A stretch of DNA of 64,000 nucleotides from Candidatus Pacearchaeota archaeon (GCA_038894195.1 JAWAPZ010000001.1:129566-193565); one strand, 5' to 3'; shown: positions 28,800-38,733, numbered from the stretch's first letter. A program made the numbers and translations. The notes: generated from the letters alone by a model not told the origin.

Positions 28800-29302
28800 T
28801 TTAAATTTTTATAAACTTCTTCGATTGCTTGCAAGTTTTTTTTAAAGAGTCCTTCTGAAAATGATTCCTTACATGCTTCTATTAAAGCTCGTCTTGAAAT
28901 TATTCCTGTAAAACATGAAAAAACGGCAAGCATAGCTGTATTGACAAAAGGCTTTCCGAAAATTTTTAATGCTAAACTTGTTGCATCAAATTCACATGCT
29001 TTTTTATTTATTTTTTTGTTAGTTGAATTGATGATTAAAGTTTTTGCCTGAATTCTCTTTACTTTCAATAACGAAGAATCAAGGATTATAGCATAATCTG
29101 CTTTATCAACATGACTTCTCAGAATGATTGGCTTATCTGAAATCCTACAGTAAGCTTCGACAGGGGCTCCCTCTCGCTCGATACCAAAACTTGGAAATGC
29201 TTGGCTGTATTTTCCTTCCAAGGAAGCTGCTAAAGCAAGTAACTGAACTGCTTTTACCGCGCCTTGACCACCACGACCATGAATTACTATCTGAATCACC
29301 AT
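28796..29302 (-). CDS. porG: POR gamma subunit
   Basis: HGRGGQG N-terminal motif. Operon position. Confidence 0.8.
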   Translation of the reverse strand: MVIQIVIHGRGGQGAVKAVQLLALAASLEGKYSQAFPSFGIEREGAPVEAYCRISDKPIILRSHVDKADYAIILDSSLLKVKRIQAKTLIINSTNKKINKKACEFDATSLALKIFGKPFVNTAMLAVFSCFTGIISRRALIEACKESFSEGLFKKNLQAIEEVYKNLK

Positions 29303-29323
29303 CTTTATACCTTATTTAATTTA

Positions 29324-29680
29324 TTATGAATTTTGCTTGATTAAATTTTTAATTGTATTTATTGCTTCGTCTGTTTTCATATTTCTTATGTCTGCACCAA
29401 AATGTTTTGTTAAATCAAAATTAGCTTCTTTAAAAGCATCCTTAAACATTTTCTGCTGCATTTTTGGATCACAACCTGCTACAAATAATCTCTCAATTTC
29501 TTTGTTTTTTAACAATGCTTTAAGAAACTCGTCACCATCGTCGGCGCAAAGTTGTGGATGTATTGCTACAAAATCCACAAGTTTTTCCTTTCGTATTTTA
29601 TTCAAAACTTCAAAAATGTCCATGTTTTTGAACGAAGGGCAGGTGCCTTGACAAACACACAACAAAAGTCCTGTTTTCAT
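29324..29680 (-). CDS. Small Cys-motif redox protein (MvhD/FlpD-like?)
   Basis: N-terminal LLLCVCQGTCPSF and later AGCDP. Translationally coupled to the downstream ferredoxin gene. Confidence 0.35.
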   Translation of the reverse strand: MKTGLLLCVCQGTCPSFKNMDIFEVLNKIRKEKLVDFVAIHPQLCADDGDEFLKALLKNKEIERLFVAGCDPKMQQKMFKDAFKEANFDLTKHFGADIRNMKTDEAINTIKNLIKQNS

Positions 29681-29895
29681 TTTTTATTCCAACTATTATC
29701 TCCAGGAAAAAGTATTGCCTTATTTTGGCATGCTCCTTTCTGACAGCCTCGACAAAACTCCACACAATTTTCGGGTTTCACTACTATCGGTTTGCCATCT
29801 TTAACCCTAAAAACCTTATTCTTACAAAAATTTACGCATGCTAAACAACCGATACATTTCTTATAATCTATTTTAGGGTACCAAGTTTTAGTCAT
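29677..29895 (-). CDS. 2x[4Fe-4S] ferredoxin
   Basis: CIGCLACVNFC and CVEFCRGCQKGAC. Confidence 0.7.
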   Translation of the reverse strand: MTKTWYPKIDYKKCIGCLACVNFCKNKVFRVKDGKPIVVKPENCVEFCRGCQKGACQNKAILFPGDNSWNKK

Positions 29896-29945
29896 TTTTT
29901 ATTTAACATAAAAAAGAATTTGTTTTTTTAAACTTATTGTTCGAA

Positions 29946-30890
29946 CTACTTTTTCACAACTTTATAGATTTCTTCAAGATCTTTTTCATGTATTAAAGGA
30001 ACAAAAGCATAACCCGGTTCTCTTGAAACAAGATAAAGATTGCCGCCCCGGAATTGCCATACTTCTAGGCCGCCGTAATCAAAGAATTCACGAGTAGGAA
30101 ACAGAATCAAACCATCTTCTCTAAGAAGCGATTGGCCCATCTCTTTCACGCGAGGAAGATGTTCTTTAGAAACACCTGCTGTAAAAAAAATTCTGTCGTA
30201 TTTTTGTTTCCAGATCGGATTCTCTTTATCAAGAGCATCTCCAACTACGAATTGTATTTCAAATTTTTTTCTCTCTTTTTTGTCAAGACTTTCTATAAAA
30301 CGGTTTATATTTTTGATTGCATTTTCTGCTAGTGGTTGAAAAATTTCTATAGTAGTTACCTGGCCTGGATAGACGAGCCATGAAGCCAGAGCAGCATGAT
30401 ATCCTGTATTCGTTCCTATTTCAAGAACATCAAGTCCTGGCCTCAGCTCAATTTTTTTCAACATCCTGGCTATTGTTGTTGGCTGACTTATTGTTTGACC
30501 GAAAGCAATGTGTTTGGCTTCATCGCTATATGGATCATGTTTAACAAAAAATTTTCTGTCTACAATTCTAAAAGCTTGCTCAATTTCTGGAGGCAAACCC
30601 GGATTATTGATCTTAATCGACTTTATCATCAGTTCTAATTCGTTTTTAACTGGGATGAAAATTTTTTTCTGTTCTTGAGTTTTTCTTGTTTTGTTAATTT
30701 TTCTTGTCCTCATCCCTGTTTCCTTAGATTTTGTTTTTATGTGTTTTATTTTATGCTTAATTTTTTTAATAGAAAATAGACCGATACGAAGTGCTGATTT
30801 TTTCTTTTGTTTTTTCCTTGTTTTTTTAATTTTATGTTTTATTTTCTTTATATCTTTATATTTCTTGTTTTTTTTGCCTCTTTTTTTCAT
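29946..30890 (-). CDS. pcm: Protein-L-isoaspartate O-methyltransferase with ~85-aa lysine-rich N-terminal extension; true start may be internal (~30629)
   Basis: AFRIVDRKFFV and the SAM-binding DVLEIGTNTGYHAALA. Residues 1-87 are about 50% Lys/Arg. Confidence 0.8.
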   Translation of the reverse strand: MKKRGKKNKKYKDIKKIKHKIKKTRKKQKKKSALRIGLFSIKKIKHKIKHIKTKSKETGMRTRKINKTRKTQEQKKIFIPVKNELELMIKSIKINNPGLPPEIEQAFRIVDRKFFVKHDPYSDEAKHIAFGQTISQPTTIARMLKKIELRPGLDVLEIGTNTGYHAALASWLVYPGQVTTIEIFQPLAENAIKNINRFIESLDKKERKKFEIQFVVGDALDKENPIWKQKYDRIFFTAGVSKEHLPRVKEMGQSLLREDGLILFPTREFFDYGGLEVWQFRGGNLYLVSREPGYAFVPLIHEKDLEEIYKVVKK

Positions 30891-30939
30891 CTGGATTAAA
30901 AGATAATTGGCTTAATAAAGTTTCTGTTTTTAAACATAT

Positions 30940-31290
30940 TCATGTGGATTGTTTTCCGATCAGGAATTTATTGTTTGGCGGGATTGTTTTTATCCAAGGG
31001 ATCTGCACTAGAAAAGGTTTCTCATTTTCTTCAGTCTTCTTTTCTCTTTTCTTGACCTCAAATTCTTCTAAATAATCATTTTCAAGAGCATATGCTATCG
31101 ATTCTGCTAATTGCTGATAATAGTTGCTTTTTTCATTTTCGATAGTTACTTGAATAGTTTGGGAAAAGTCAAACCAATTAAAAAGCGAATTTCTGAGTTT
31201 TTTTGAAACAAGAGAAATGATACTATCAAGTTTTTGTTGCTCGATTCTAAATTGTTTTCCATTATAGGATATATTTATTTCTTTTACCAT
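30940..31290 (-). CDS. Hypothetical protein
   Basis: 116 aa, no motif. Confidence 0.3.
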   Translation of the reverse strand: MVKEINISYNGKQFRIEQQKLDSIISLVSKKLRNSLFNWFDFSQTIQVTIENEKSNYYQQLAESIAYALENDYLEEFEVKKREKKTEENEKPFLVQIPWIKTIPPNNKFLIGKQST

Positions 31291-31306
31291 TTCCCCTTTT
31301 TTTACC

Positions 31307-31564
31307 TTAATCTCTAAACTTGGGAGGAGAATCTACTTCGAATAAAATATAATCTACTAATGTTTTGAGTAAATTATCGAAATTTTTGTTAGTTCCTTTC
31401 TTTTTTGTCAAGGAATATGAATTAATATATTTGGTTAAAAAATACTTAATTCTTTTTTTATAGTAGTTTCTAATTTCTTGAATATCTTTGAATGTTAATT
31501 CGGGTGGGACCATATTCTCTACATCCTCTAATGACATTTTTCCTCTTTTATTTTTTAAGCGCAC
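31307..31564 (-). CDS. Hypothetical protein
   Basis: 85 aa, no motif. Confidence 0.3.
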   Translation of the reverse strand: MRLKNKRGKMSLEDVENMVPPELTFKDIQEIRNYYKKRIKYFLTKYINSYSLTKKKGTNKNFDNLLKTLVDYILFEVDSPPKFRD

Positions 31565-31733
31565 TGTCTATCTTTTCGCATATGGCATCTATCAACTCTT
31601 GATATTCGACTTTCATCTTCCCCCTTTATATTAATCTACAGAGTTGTATTTTAGTTATACTTTTCTTACCAAAAAATGTATATGGTGTTGTACTGTAGGA
31701 AAAGTTTAAATATTTCAAAATCCTATAAATAGG

Positions 31734-32585
31734 ATGCTGACACCTGAAATAGCAAAAAAGATAAATGATTTTGTATATGTAAAGCCAAGGACAATTGATG
31801 AAATTGCAAACCACATCAAGAAAAATTGGAGGACAGCAAATAGATATGTCGAATCAATACAAAAACACCAGGGAAATTTGGCAGTAAGGGTTTTTAGAGA
31901 AGGAACAAGAGGTGCATTGAAGATAGTTTATTGGGCTAATATAGAGAACATCCATTCAACAAGTCTTCAAGAAAGACTCTTCAGAAAAATTGAAATAGGA
32001 AGAACAAAAGAAGACTTTAGTCCTTCTGAAATTTATCAGTACGTAAATAAAAATAAAAAACGTCTGTCTGCACATACGTATGCAAGCTATGTATCTAAGA
32101 AAAACTTTGATGATTTTTGCTCTTTTTTAAGGGGGGCCCAGAAACAAATTTCATTTTTTTCAGGCAATTTAACTTGGAGCAATATGGCATATCATGATAA
32201 AAAAATTTTACAAATTGTAGAAGAACTTGCTAAAAAAAATGTGATTATTAAAATTTTGACCAGGGTTGAGCTTGCAGGAATCGATAATATAAAAAATATA
32301 CTTTCTATTAACAGCAAGATAGGAAAGGAGATGGTAGAAGTTAGGCATTGCTATCAGCCTCTCAGGGCTACAATTGTTGACAATAAGTCTGCAAGATTCA
32401 AAGAAATTTTAAAAAAACAGGATTATGCTAAAGGAGAGTTAAAAGAAGATACTTACCTTTTATATGAAATTCTTGATAAGGAATGGGTTGAATGGCTTCA
32501 AAAAATTTTTTGGAATTTATTCAATGCATCAATTTCAGCTGAAAAAAGAATAGAAGAATTAGAAATAATAAAGAGGAGTTTGTAA
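31734..32585 (+). CDS. Hypothetical protein with N-terminal wHTH-like region
   Basis: 283 aa. IDEIANHIKKNWRTANRYVESI resembles an HTH. No catalytic motif recognised. Confidence 0.35.
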   Translation: MLTPEIAKKINDFVYVKPRTIDEIANHIKKNWRTANRYVESIQKHQGNLAVRVFREGTRGALKIVYWANIENIHSTSLQERLFRKIEIGRTKEDFSPSEIYQYVNKNKKRLSAHTYASYVSKKNFDDFCSFLRGAQKQISFFSGNLTWSNMAYHDKKILQIVEELAKKNVIIKILTRVELAGIDNIKNILSINSKIGKEMVEVRHCYQPLRATIVDNKSARFKEILKKQDYAKGELKEDTYLLYEILDKEWVEWLQKIFWNLFNASISAEKRIEELEIIKRSL

Positions 32586-32591
32586 ACTAAT

Positions 32592-33827
32592 TTACCTTAG
32601 TTGTCTTTCGATCCTAAGAAGTTCATGCAATTTTGCAAATCGCTCCTTGCCGAGAATTCCTGTCTTGATGATTGGAATTTGCCATCCAACTGCAAGATGA
32701 GCAATTGTATTATCGTATGTCTCTCCGGAACGATGACTTATAATAAGAGTTATGTTATTTTTCTTTGCAAAATCAATCACTTTTTTTGTTTCAAGTAAAC
32801 TAGCTACTTGGTTTGGTTTTACTATAAGGGAATTTATTGCTTTCATATCTATTGTTTTTTTCACTAATTCCATGTGCGTACATGTAAGGTCATCTCCACA
32901 TATGAGACAGTTTTTTGTTTTTTTCAGAAGTAAAGAAAAGGATTCGAAAGCCTTGTCATGAAAAGGATCCTCAACATAAAAAAGATTGTATTTGTTTATT
33001 ATACTCCTAACATACTCTAGCTGTGCTTCTTCTGTTAACTTTGTCCTCGGTTTTTCTTTTTTAAAATTTTGATATCTGTATCGAGAGTCCTGCCACAAAG
33101 AATCTGCTGCTATATCCACCCCAATTAGAATTTCTATTCCGTATTTTTCTTTAATTTTTTCTTTAACCTCTTGAAGAAGATCGAGAATTGATTCATTGTC
33201 CATTGTAGAAGCAAGAGCATTTTCGTAGGTTAGAGTGCCTTGCCATGTCTTGTCTTTTTTTTGCAATAAAGATTTAGTTTCTTTATACGTTTGTAAATTT
33301 ATAAAGTAAGAATCAAAGAAATGTTCTGTTCTTGGCATAACAAGAAATTCCTGAAAATCTGGTCTCAGTTCTTGTTCAGTATGCTTCCCCCCACCAATAC
33401 AGTTTCCTAATGGTTTAGGAATTTGCGCCTTTTTGTTTTCAAGAAGAAACTGCCAAAGTTCTTGTTTGTAGCTTGCAGCTATTGCTTTTAGAAGACTAGC
33501 CTCAAGAGCATAAAGAGAATTGCCGCCGATAACTGAAAAATTATTTGTTTTGTCAAGTTGTTTAACGAGAGATTCAAGTTTTTCTAGGTCATCAAATGTG
33601 CAGAAAATTAACTTGTCTTGCACAATTTTCTTACCAAGAGCATTAACAAGCGAGATTGAAAAATCTATTCCTTTTTCCGAGAGTGCAGAAACTTCATATT
33701 TGCCCTTGCTTGTTCCTTCTGGAGCGCTTGTCTCAAAAATCTTGCCCTGACTTTTTACTATGACAGAAATTGTTTCTTTTCCTTTCGAATTGAGAATCTT
33801 TCTTGCACTTATTTCTTGAGGTTGCAT
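32592..33827 (-). CDS. eno: Enolase
   Basis: N-terminal ISARKILNSKGKETI...SAPEGTSKGKYE. C-terminal SHRSGETYDNTIAHLAV enolase signature. Confidence 0.9.
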   Translation of the reverse strand: MQPQEISARKILNSKGKETISVIVKSQGKIFETSAPEGTSKGKYEVSALSEKGIDFSISLVNALGKKIVQDKLIFCTFDDLEKLESLVKQLDKTNNFSVIGGNSLYALEASLLKAIAASYKQELWQFLLENKKAQIPKPLGNCIGGGKHTEQELRPDFQEFLVMPRTEHFFDSYFINLQTYKETKSLLQKKDKTWQGTLTYENALASTMDNESILDLLQEVKEKIKEKYGIEILIGVDIAADSLWQDSRYRYQNFKKEKPRTKLTEEAQLEYVRSIINKYNLFYVEDPFHDKAFESFSLLLKKTKNCLICGDDLTCTHMELVKKTIDMKAINSLIVKPNQVASLLETKKVIDFAKKNNITLIISHRSGETYDNTIAHLAVGWQIPIIKTGILGKERFAKLHELLRIERQLR

Positions 33828-33857
33828 GAAATAAGTATAGAGAATGAATATAAAAAT

Positions 33858-34163
33858 TTAACTTTCCTCGGTTTCGTTTATTGTTTTTAATTTTTCTTCT
33901 GTTCTTGGAGTTTCTTCAGTTACTATCTCTTTTATGTCTGGCAATATTTCAGTTCTTTTTGGCATTGGTCTTTTTATTGTTATTGGTAAAATTCCTGCTT
34001 CAAATTCCGCCTCCGCAATCCTTAAAGGATCATAAGCCATGCTCTCAAGCTGTTCTTTGCTTAATTTCAAAAGTATTGGGGCGTTTGCACTAATCTGTAA
34101 AGCTCTTGCTCCAAGGATTCTGGCTATTTCATACTTTGTGTACTTTTCTTTTTCTTTTTTCAT
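33858..34163 (-). CDS. rpoK: DNA-directed RNA polymerase subunit K (Rpb6 homologue)
   Basis: TKYEIARILGARALQISANAP...FEAGILPITIKRP matches the Rpb6/RpoK core. Conserved rpoK-eno neighbourhood. Confidence 0.7.
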   Translation of the reverse strand: MKKEKEKYTKYEIARILGARALQISANAPILLKLSKEQLESMAYDPLRIAEAEFEAGILPITIKRPMPKRTEILPDIKEIVTEETPRTEEKLKTINETEES

Positions 34164-34198
34164 TTTTGAGTTAAGTTAAATGATCTTTTTTTGATTTA

Positions 34199-34996
34199 TT
34201 ATTTTTGTAATTTAACAAGTTTCTCATGAAGTTTTTTACCCTCGTTTATTAGAACCTCAAGAATCCTTAATAATTTTTCTGTTTCAATTGCTTCTTCTCC
34301 ATTCTTTAATAAACCATGAATTTTTGGTTCTTTATGATACGTAACTGAAATAGAAAGTTGAAGGACTGAAGCTTCTTCTTCTTCAGAACAAGGATCAATT
34401 ATAAAAGAATCACCGATTTTATATGCAGTAATGGTTATTGGTGGCTCGTTCAAAGGAAGTTTCTTTTGTGTTAACTCGCCATACTTGACTTTATTGTTTT
34501 CTATTTCAGGAATATATGTGTTCATCAAAGCTAGAACACCTGCAAGTGCACTTGCGTCTATAAGATTGCCGGCATCATTTATTGCGTATATATCAAGAAA
34601 AATACCCCATACAAGCTCTCCTTTTTTTAAACATAATTTCTTGAAATCAATAAACCCGGATTCTCTGATTGCGCGATCAACCACCCTTGCCAGTTTAATA
34701 GCCTTTATATCTGGAGGTCCTAATTCAAATTTTTCTGAAGCTAGGGGTTGTAATTCTGCTCCCACTATAAGGATACCTTCATCAGGAGTGTCTGTAAAAG
34801 GCTCAAGAAGGTCAAGTTTCGTACCAGCTATCACTTCAGTATCCCCTATTTTCACATGAACAGAACCCTCTGCATGGGACGATACATTAAATTCTACTTT
34901 AATCTCCCGAAACTCTAGTGGTGTTCTACCATCTAGACGTTTGTTTTTTTCAAGAAGTTCAGAAATTTTTTCCTTGGTCATATTTGGGATTTCCAT
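34199..34996 (-). CDS. rrp42: Exosome complex component Rrp42 (RNase PH-like)
   Basis: RNase PH fold pattern (LDGRTPLEFREIKVE...). Position after rrp41. Confidence 0.85.
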   Translation of the reverse strand: MEIPNMTKEKISELLEKNKRLDGRTPLEFREIKVEFNVSSHAEGSVHVKIGDTEVIAGTKLDLLEPFTDTPDEGILIVGAELQPLASEKFELGPPDIKAIKLARVVDRAIRESGFIDFKKLCLKKGELVWGIFLDIYAINDAGNLIDASALAGVLALMNTYIPEIENNKVKYGELTQKKLPLNEPPITITAYKIGDSFIIDPCSEEEEASVLQLSISVTYHKEPKIHGLLKNGEEAIETEKLLRILEVLINEGKKLHEKLVKLQK

Positions 34997-35003
34997 TTTA
35001 AAA

Positions 35004-35723
35004 TCAATCTGTAATTTTTTTAATCGTTTGTTTTTGTATGGCTTCTATCTTTACACATGCTTTCTTCATTAACTCGAAAGCTTCTTTAAGCTCCTCAAGC
35101 TTCAAGTTTCCATCAACATGTAAAAGCGAAAGTTTTTTTGATCTGGTTAAAAAGGCTGCTGCAATGTCTGTTGCAGCTTTTATTTCTTGACCATCCTTTT
35201 TTATTTTATACTGTTCTTCTTCATGATTTAGATCAATAACAATAGTCGTATCAAGTTTTCCTGCAGAAACTGCTGTTACGAGTTCTTGCATCGGTATTCC
35301 TGCACTCGCTAATGCCATCGATGCTGCATTTACAGCAGCACACCTTGTAGAAGCATCTGCTTCGAGAATCTGTATATAAACGTCTATTACTGTATTCGGA
35401 AATGTGTCAAGTAACAATGCTGGTTCTATTGCTTTAGTTATTTCATGCGATATTTCAAGATTTCTTCTTCCAGGACCTGGTTTCTTTCGTTCTGAAACTG
35501 AAAAAGAAAGCATATCATAGTAACATCTAAAAAGGGCCTTTCCTGGGTTTTGTAAATGTTGAGGAAAAAGTTCTCTCGGACCATAAACCGCTGCAAGTGC
35601 TTTGCTTTTTCCAAAAGAAAAAAACGCAGACCCATCTGCTCTTTTGATTACGTTTGTTCTAGCTTCAATTTTTCTCATCTCGTCAAATGCGCGACCATCT
35701 GCTCTTTTAAATTTTTCATTCAT
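35004..35723 (-). CDS. rrp41: Exosome complex exonuclease Rrp41 (RNase PH)
   Basis: RADGRAFDEMRKIEART...ADGSA and phosphate-binding region. Confidence 0.9.
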   Translation of the reverse strand: MNEKFKRADGRAFDEMRKIEARTNVIKRADGSAFFSFGKSKALAAVYGPRELFPQHLQNPGKALFRCYYDMLSFSVSERKKPGPGRRNLEISHEITKAIEPALLLDTFPNTVIDVYIQILEADASTRCAAVNAASMALASAGIPMQELVTAVSAGKLDTTIVIDLNHEEEQYKIKKDGQEIKAATDIAAAFLTRSKKLSLLHVDGNLKLEELKEAFELMKKACVKIEAIQKQTIKKITD

Positions 35724-36421
35724 TTTTTCTTTCCTTTTAAAAAATCTTTTATATAATCTGTTAAACCTTCAACAAATGGTTTTTCAACCACGAGATTTAT
35801 CGCTTCTCTAGCAAGCATTTCTTCTTCGATACTAGGGCCCTTAATCCAAATCAAACCGTTCTGACCGACAATTACATTGCAGCCGGTTTCGTTTTTGATC
35901 ATTGTCACCATGCTACCTTCCTTTCCAATAACTCGTGGAACCCTGGTTGGATTTATCCGCATCAAAAAACCACCGCTTAATTTTTTACAAGTCTTATCTT
36001 TCATTGTGAGTTCTATGCTTCTCGCACGGATTTCCTTTACTTTAGTTACTATCACATCGTTGATATCATAATATTCTGAAAGATCCTTTTTATTAACATA
36101 ACCAAAGCACTCTGAAACAGGTAGGAATCCAGAATGCGGAGAGAGTATATCTACAATCCAACCATTAAAAGTTATGTCAAGTACCTGTCCTATTAATGTG
36201 TTCCCAACACGGGGGATATAAGCACCGCTAAGAGGGATTATCTTGACAAGGTTGTTATCTTTTTCTAATAAGCCAAATTTTATAGCAATTATATCTTTTC
36301 CTTCCCTCCTTGTTCCTTCACCCGGTAAAAATTCCTCGCCAGAAGCAACAATCTCACCAGGAACAACTACAATTCTTTTTTGCTTCTCTTGCTTTTTAAT
36401 TATTTGCTTTTCCATTCTCAA
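35720..36421 (-). CDS. rrp4: Exosome complex RNA-binding protein Rrp4 (S1 + KH)
   Basis: VVPGEIVA N-terminus, S1 and KH (IGKEGSMV) domains. Confidence 0.85.
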   Translation of the reverse strand: MRMEKQIIKKQEKQKRIVVVPGEIVASGEEFLPGEGTRREGKDIIAIKFGLLEKDNNLVKIIPLSGAYIPRVGNTLIGQVLDITFNGWIVDILSPHSGFLPVSECFGYVNKKDLSEYYDINDVIVTKVKEIRARSIELTMKDKTCKKLSGGFLMRINPTRVPRVIGKEGSMVTMIKNETGCNVIVGQNGLIWIKGPSIEEEMLAREAINLVVEKPFVEGLTDYIKDFLKGKKK

Positions 36422-36647
36422 TTTCTTCCTCCATTTTTGAAGTTATTTTAATTAGTTCAAAAAAATCTGGCAGAAACATCAATAAACGCCACCTAGAATG
36501 CACTGGCGTTATCTTATCAATCCAGTGATAGATAAAAAAATCTTTCTCTACCTCTATTTTTATTTCTCTGTTTTGTTCTTCTTCAATCTCTTTTATGAGT
36601 TTTTCTGTAAAATTTAATTGTTCCGAATTTTCCATTTTAATTTTCAT
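36396..36647 (-). CDS. Small hypothetical ORF between sdo1 and rrp4
   Basis: 83 aa. Overlaps rrp4 start by 26 nt. Could be spurious. Confidence 0.25.
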   Translation of the reverse strand: MKIKMENSEQLNFTEKLIKEIEEEQNREIKIEVEKDFFIYHWIDKITPVHSRWRLLMFLPDFFELIKITSKMEEEIENGKANN

Positions 36648-37351
36648 AAACTGATTTGTTCTAGTTCTTGAGTTATAGCCGAACCTTTAGTCAAATTGTT
36701 TAATTTATCATAAAACTCGATCTGCATTCCTGCTGGCAAACTAATTATACATTTGAGTGACCCATCATTAAGCCATTCTTCTTTCTCCCTATTAAATTTT
36801 TGCAAAAAAGAATAAGTATGCCCGACGTGCTCTGGAGGCACTGTAACCATCAATCTCTTGGTTGCTATTTTTATTGGTAGTTTCTCTTCAAGTTTTCTAA
36901 TTATAACAAGAGCTTGTTCTGTTGCATCTCTGTTTTCATCTATTCTAACACCAATTTCTTTAAGTGCAGTTGCTAATACTATTGTAGTGTAGGGTATACC
37001 TGTTCTCGGATCAATGCAGTTTTTTGTGAGAAAATCTATTATTTGCTTAAACTTCATATCCCTCATTTTTTCTCTGTATTCTTGTGGTAACTGCAGCTCT
37101 CCCTGTTTTATTATTTTTTCTGCAATTTCATAAATATTCTCTGTTCCAAAAGAGGCTCTTAGATCAGCAGAGGACGCTCTTAAACCTTTCTTATGATCTG
37201 TAAAAATTATTTCGGTCACAAGAGCATTCTCTATTTTTCCAGGTTTTCCCTTTTTTAAATCAAGTGCCCTGTCAAGATCAACTAGAACTTCAAAAGTTTT
37301 ATTTTTAATCCTTAATTTTGCTATAGTATCCATTTTAATGTTATTTCGCAT
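36644..37351 (-). CDS. sdo1: SBDS/Sdo1 ribosome maturation protein
   Basis: 235 aa. N-terminal FYSH-like region IKNKTFEVLVD. Superoperon position. Confidence 0.8.
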   Translation of the reverse strand: MRNNIKMDTIAKLRIKNKTFEVLVDLDRALDLKKGKPGKIENALVTEIIFTDHKKGLRASSADLRASFGTENIYEIAEKIIKQGELQLPQEYREKMRDMKFKQIIDFLTKNCIDPRTGIPYTTIVLATALKEIGVRIDENRDATEQALVIIRKLEEKLPIKIATKRLMVTVPPEHVGHTYSFLQKFNREKEEWLNDGSLKCIISLPAGMQIEFYDKLNNLTKGSAITQELEQISL

Positions 37352-38063
37352 ACTTAATTAATTGCTCTGGAAGTAATCTTTTCGCTTTTTGGTCCGATTT
37401 ATTAACATAGTAAGCCTCGAAACGTGCAATATTAAAACTCTTACCTAGAATTTTTTTGAAAATCGAAAGTGCAAGTTTGATTCCTTGCTCGATATTCATA
37501 GTTTCCTTATAAGACTCTCTAAGCATTTCTATTATTTTTTCATCATTCTCACCTATTGCAGTTGCTTTATAGCAAAAGTAATTTCCAGTAACTTCAGAAA
37601 CAAAAAGTTTTGCAGTTTCGTCTGGATTGATTCCAGCTATCATTATTTTGGTTCCGAAAGGCCTTACTCCGCCATGCAGTGTGTAGGCTTGCTTTATATC
37701 GGCGATTTCTTTCATAACGGATTCAACATCTATTGGTTCTTCATAAGTTATTTTATGCTGCTGAGCTGTTAGTTGTGCTCTTTCTATTAGAACGCGCGCA
37801 TCACTTAGGACACCGGCTGCACTCGCAATTATATGATCATCAACTTGATAGATTTTCATTGAAAATTCAGGAACCATTAAACTATCTACGATTCTTTTGT
37901 CTGTTATAATAAATACACCATCACTGCAGACCATCCCTATGCTGGCTGATCCTAAACGGACGGTTTTTTCAGCATACTCTACCTGTAGAATTCTTCCTTC
38001 GGGTGAGAACAAAGTTGCAGCTCTGTCATAACCCATTACTTGATGTTGCATTTCTAAAGCCAT
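37341..38063 (-). CDS. psmA: Proteasome subunit alpha
   Basis: YDRAATLFSPEGRILQVEYA N-terminal signature. Confidence 0.9.
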   Translation of the reverse strand: MALEMQHQVMGYDRAATLFSPEGRILQVEYAEKTVRLGSASIGMVCSDGVFIITDKRIVDSLMVPEFSMKIYQVDDHIIASAAGVLSDARVLIERAQLTAQQHKITYEEPIDVESVMKEIADIKQAYTLHGGVRPFGTKIMIAGINPDETAKLFVSEVTGNYFCYKATAIGENDEKIIEMLRESYKETMNIEQGIKLALSIFKKILGKSFNIARFEAYYVNKSDQKAKRLLPEQLIKYAK

Positions 38064-38202
38064 TTTAAAATTAGCTTAATCAATTTTTTGTTTATGTATT
38101 TTCTTTACTTAAAACATAAATTCAGAAGATTTATAAAGGTTTTGGCTCGCTTAATCAAAACTTATTTAAAAGCTGATTCTCTTTTATCTAAAAAGAGGGA
38201 AA

Positions 38203-38733
38203 ATGTTAAGAAGATTAAATCACAAGGCACAAACAATGGGTGTTCCTTTTCAATTGATTTTTTCGCTGATTATTGTAGCTGTTGTTATTGTTTTCGCTTT
38301 TTTGGCTATAAGAATGTTTTTAGAACGAGCAGAGCAAGCTAAGTTTGGGGCTACTTTTACTGAAATTCAAAATGAAATACGTGGAGCATGGGAAAAAGAT
38401 GCAACCAATAGAACAATAACTGTTCTAGTTCCGAAGAAAATTGAGGCTGTATGTTTTTTAAATAAAAGTGCAACTTGTAGAGATCCCTCTGGGGTAGATT
38501 TTTGTGGTTCATACGAATCTTTTATGAATGCTAATGAAAACTTTTTTTTCTATCCTCTTGGAATAGCTGAAGATTATAAAAGCAAGTCTGCATGGAGCTT
38601 GCTGTGCCAGAACCATTCTTGTATAACTAGCCCAAGGAATCCTTTGTGTTTTTTCAAGCAAGATAGTAACATTAAAATTAAAATTGTAAAAAATTTTGAC
38701 GAGCCATTCGTAAGATTATATGAAGTCTATTGA
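38203..38733 (+). CDS. Pilin-like protein with class III (type IV pilin-type) signal peptide, paralogue 1
   Basis: Basic N-terminus, KAQTMG, then the hydrophobic VPFQLIFSLIIVAVVIVFAFLA. Cys-containing C-terminal domain. Confidence 0.5.
   Translation: MLRRLNHKAQTMGVPFQLIFSLIIVAVVIVFAFLAIRMFLERAEQAKFGATFTEIQNEIRGAWEKDATNRTITVLVPKKIEAVCFLNKSATCRDPSGVDFCGSYESFMNANENFFFYPLGIAEDYKSKSAWSLLCQNHSCITSPRNPLCFFKQDSNIKIKIVKNFDEPFVRLYEVY

Noticed and set aside
30691-30906. Plus-strand 71-aa ORF (FLVLIPVSLDFVFM...) antisense to the PIMT lysine-rich region.
   Set aside because: It is poly-Phe/Leu low-complexity, created by the T-rich antisense of an A-rich stretch. No independent support.
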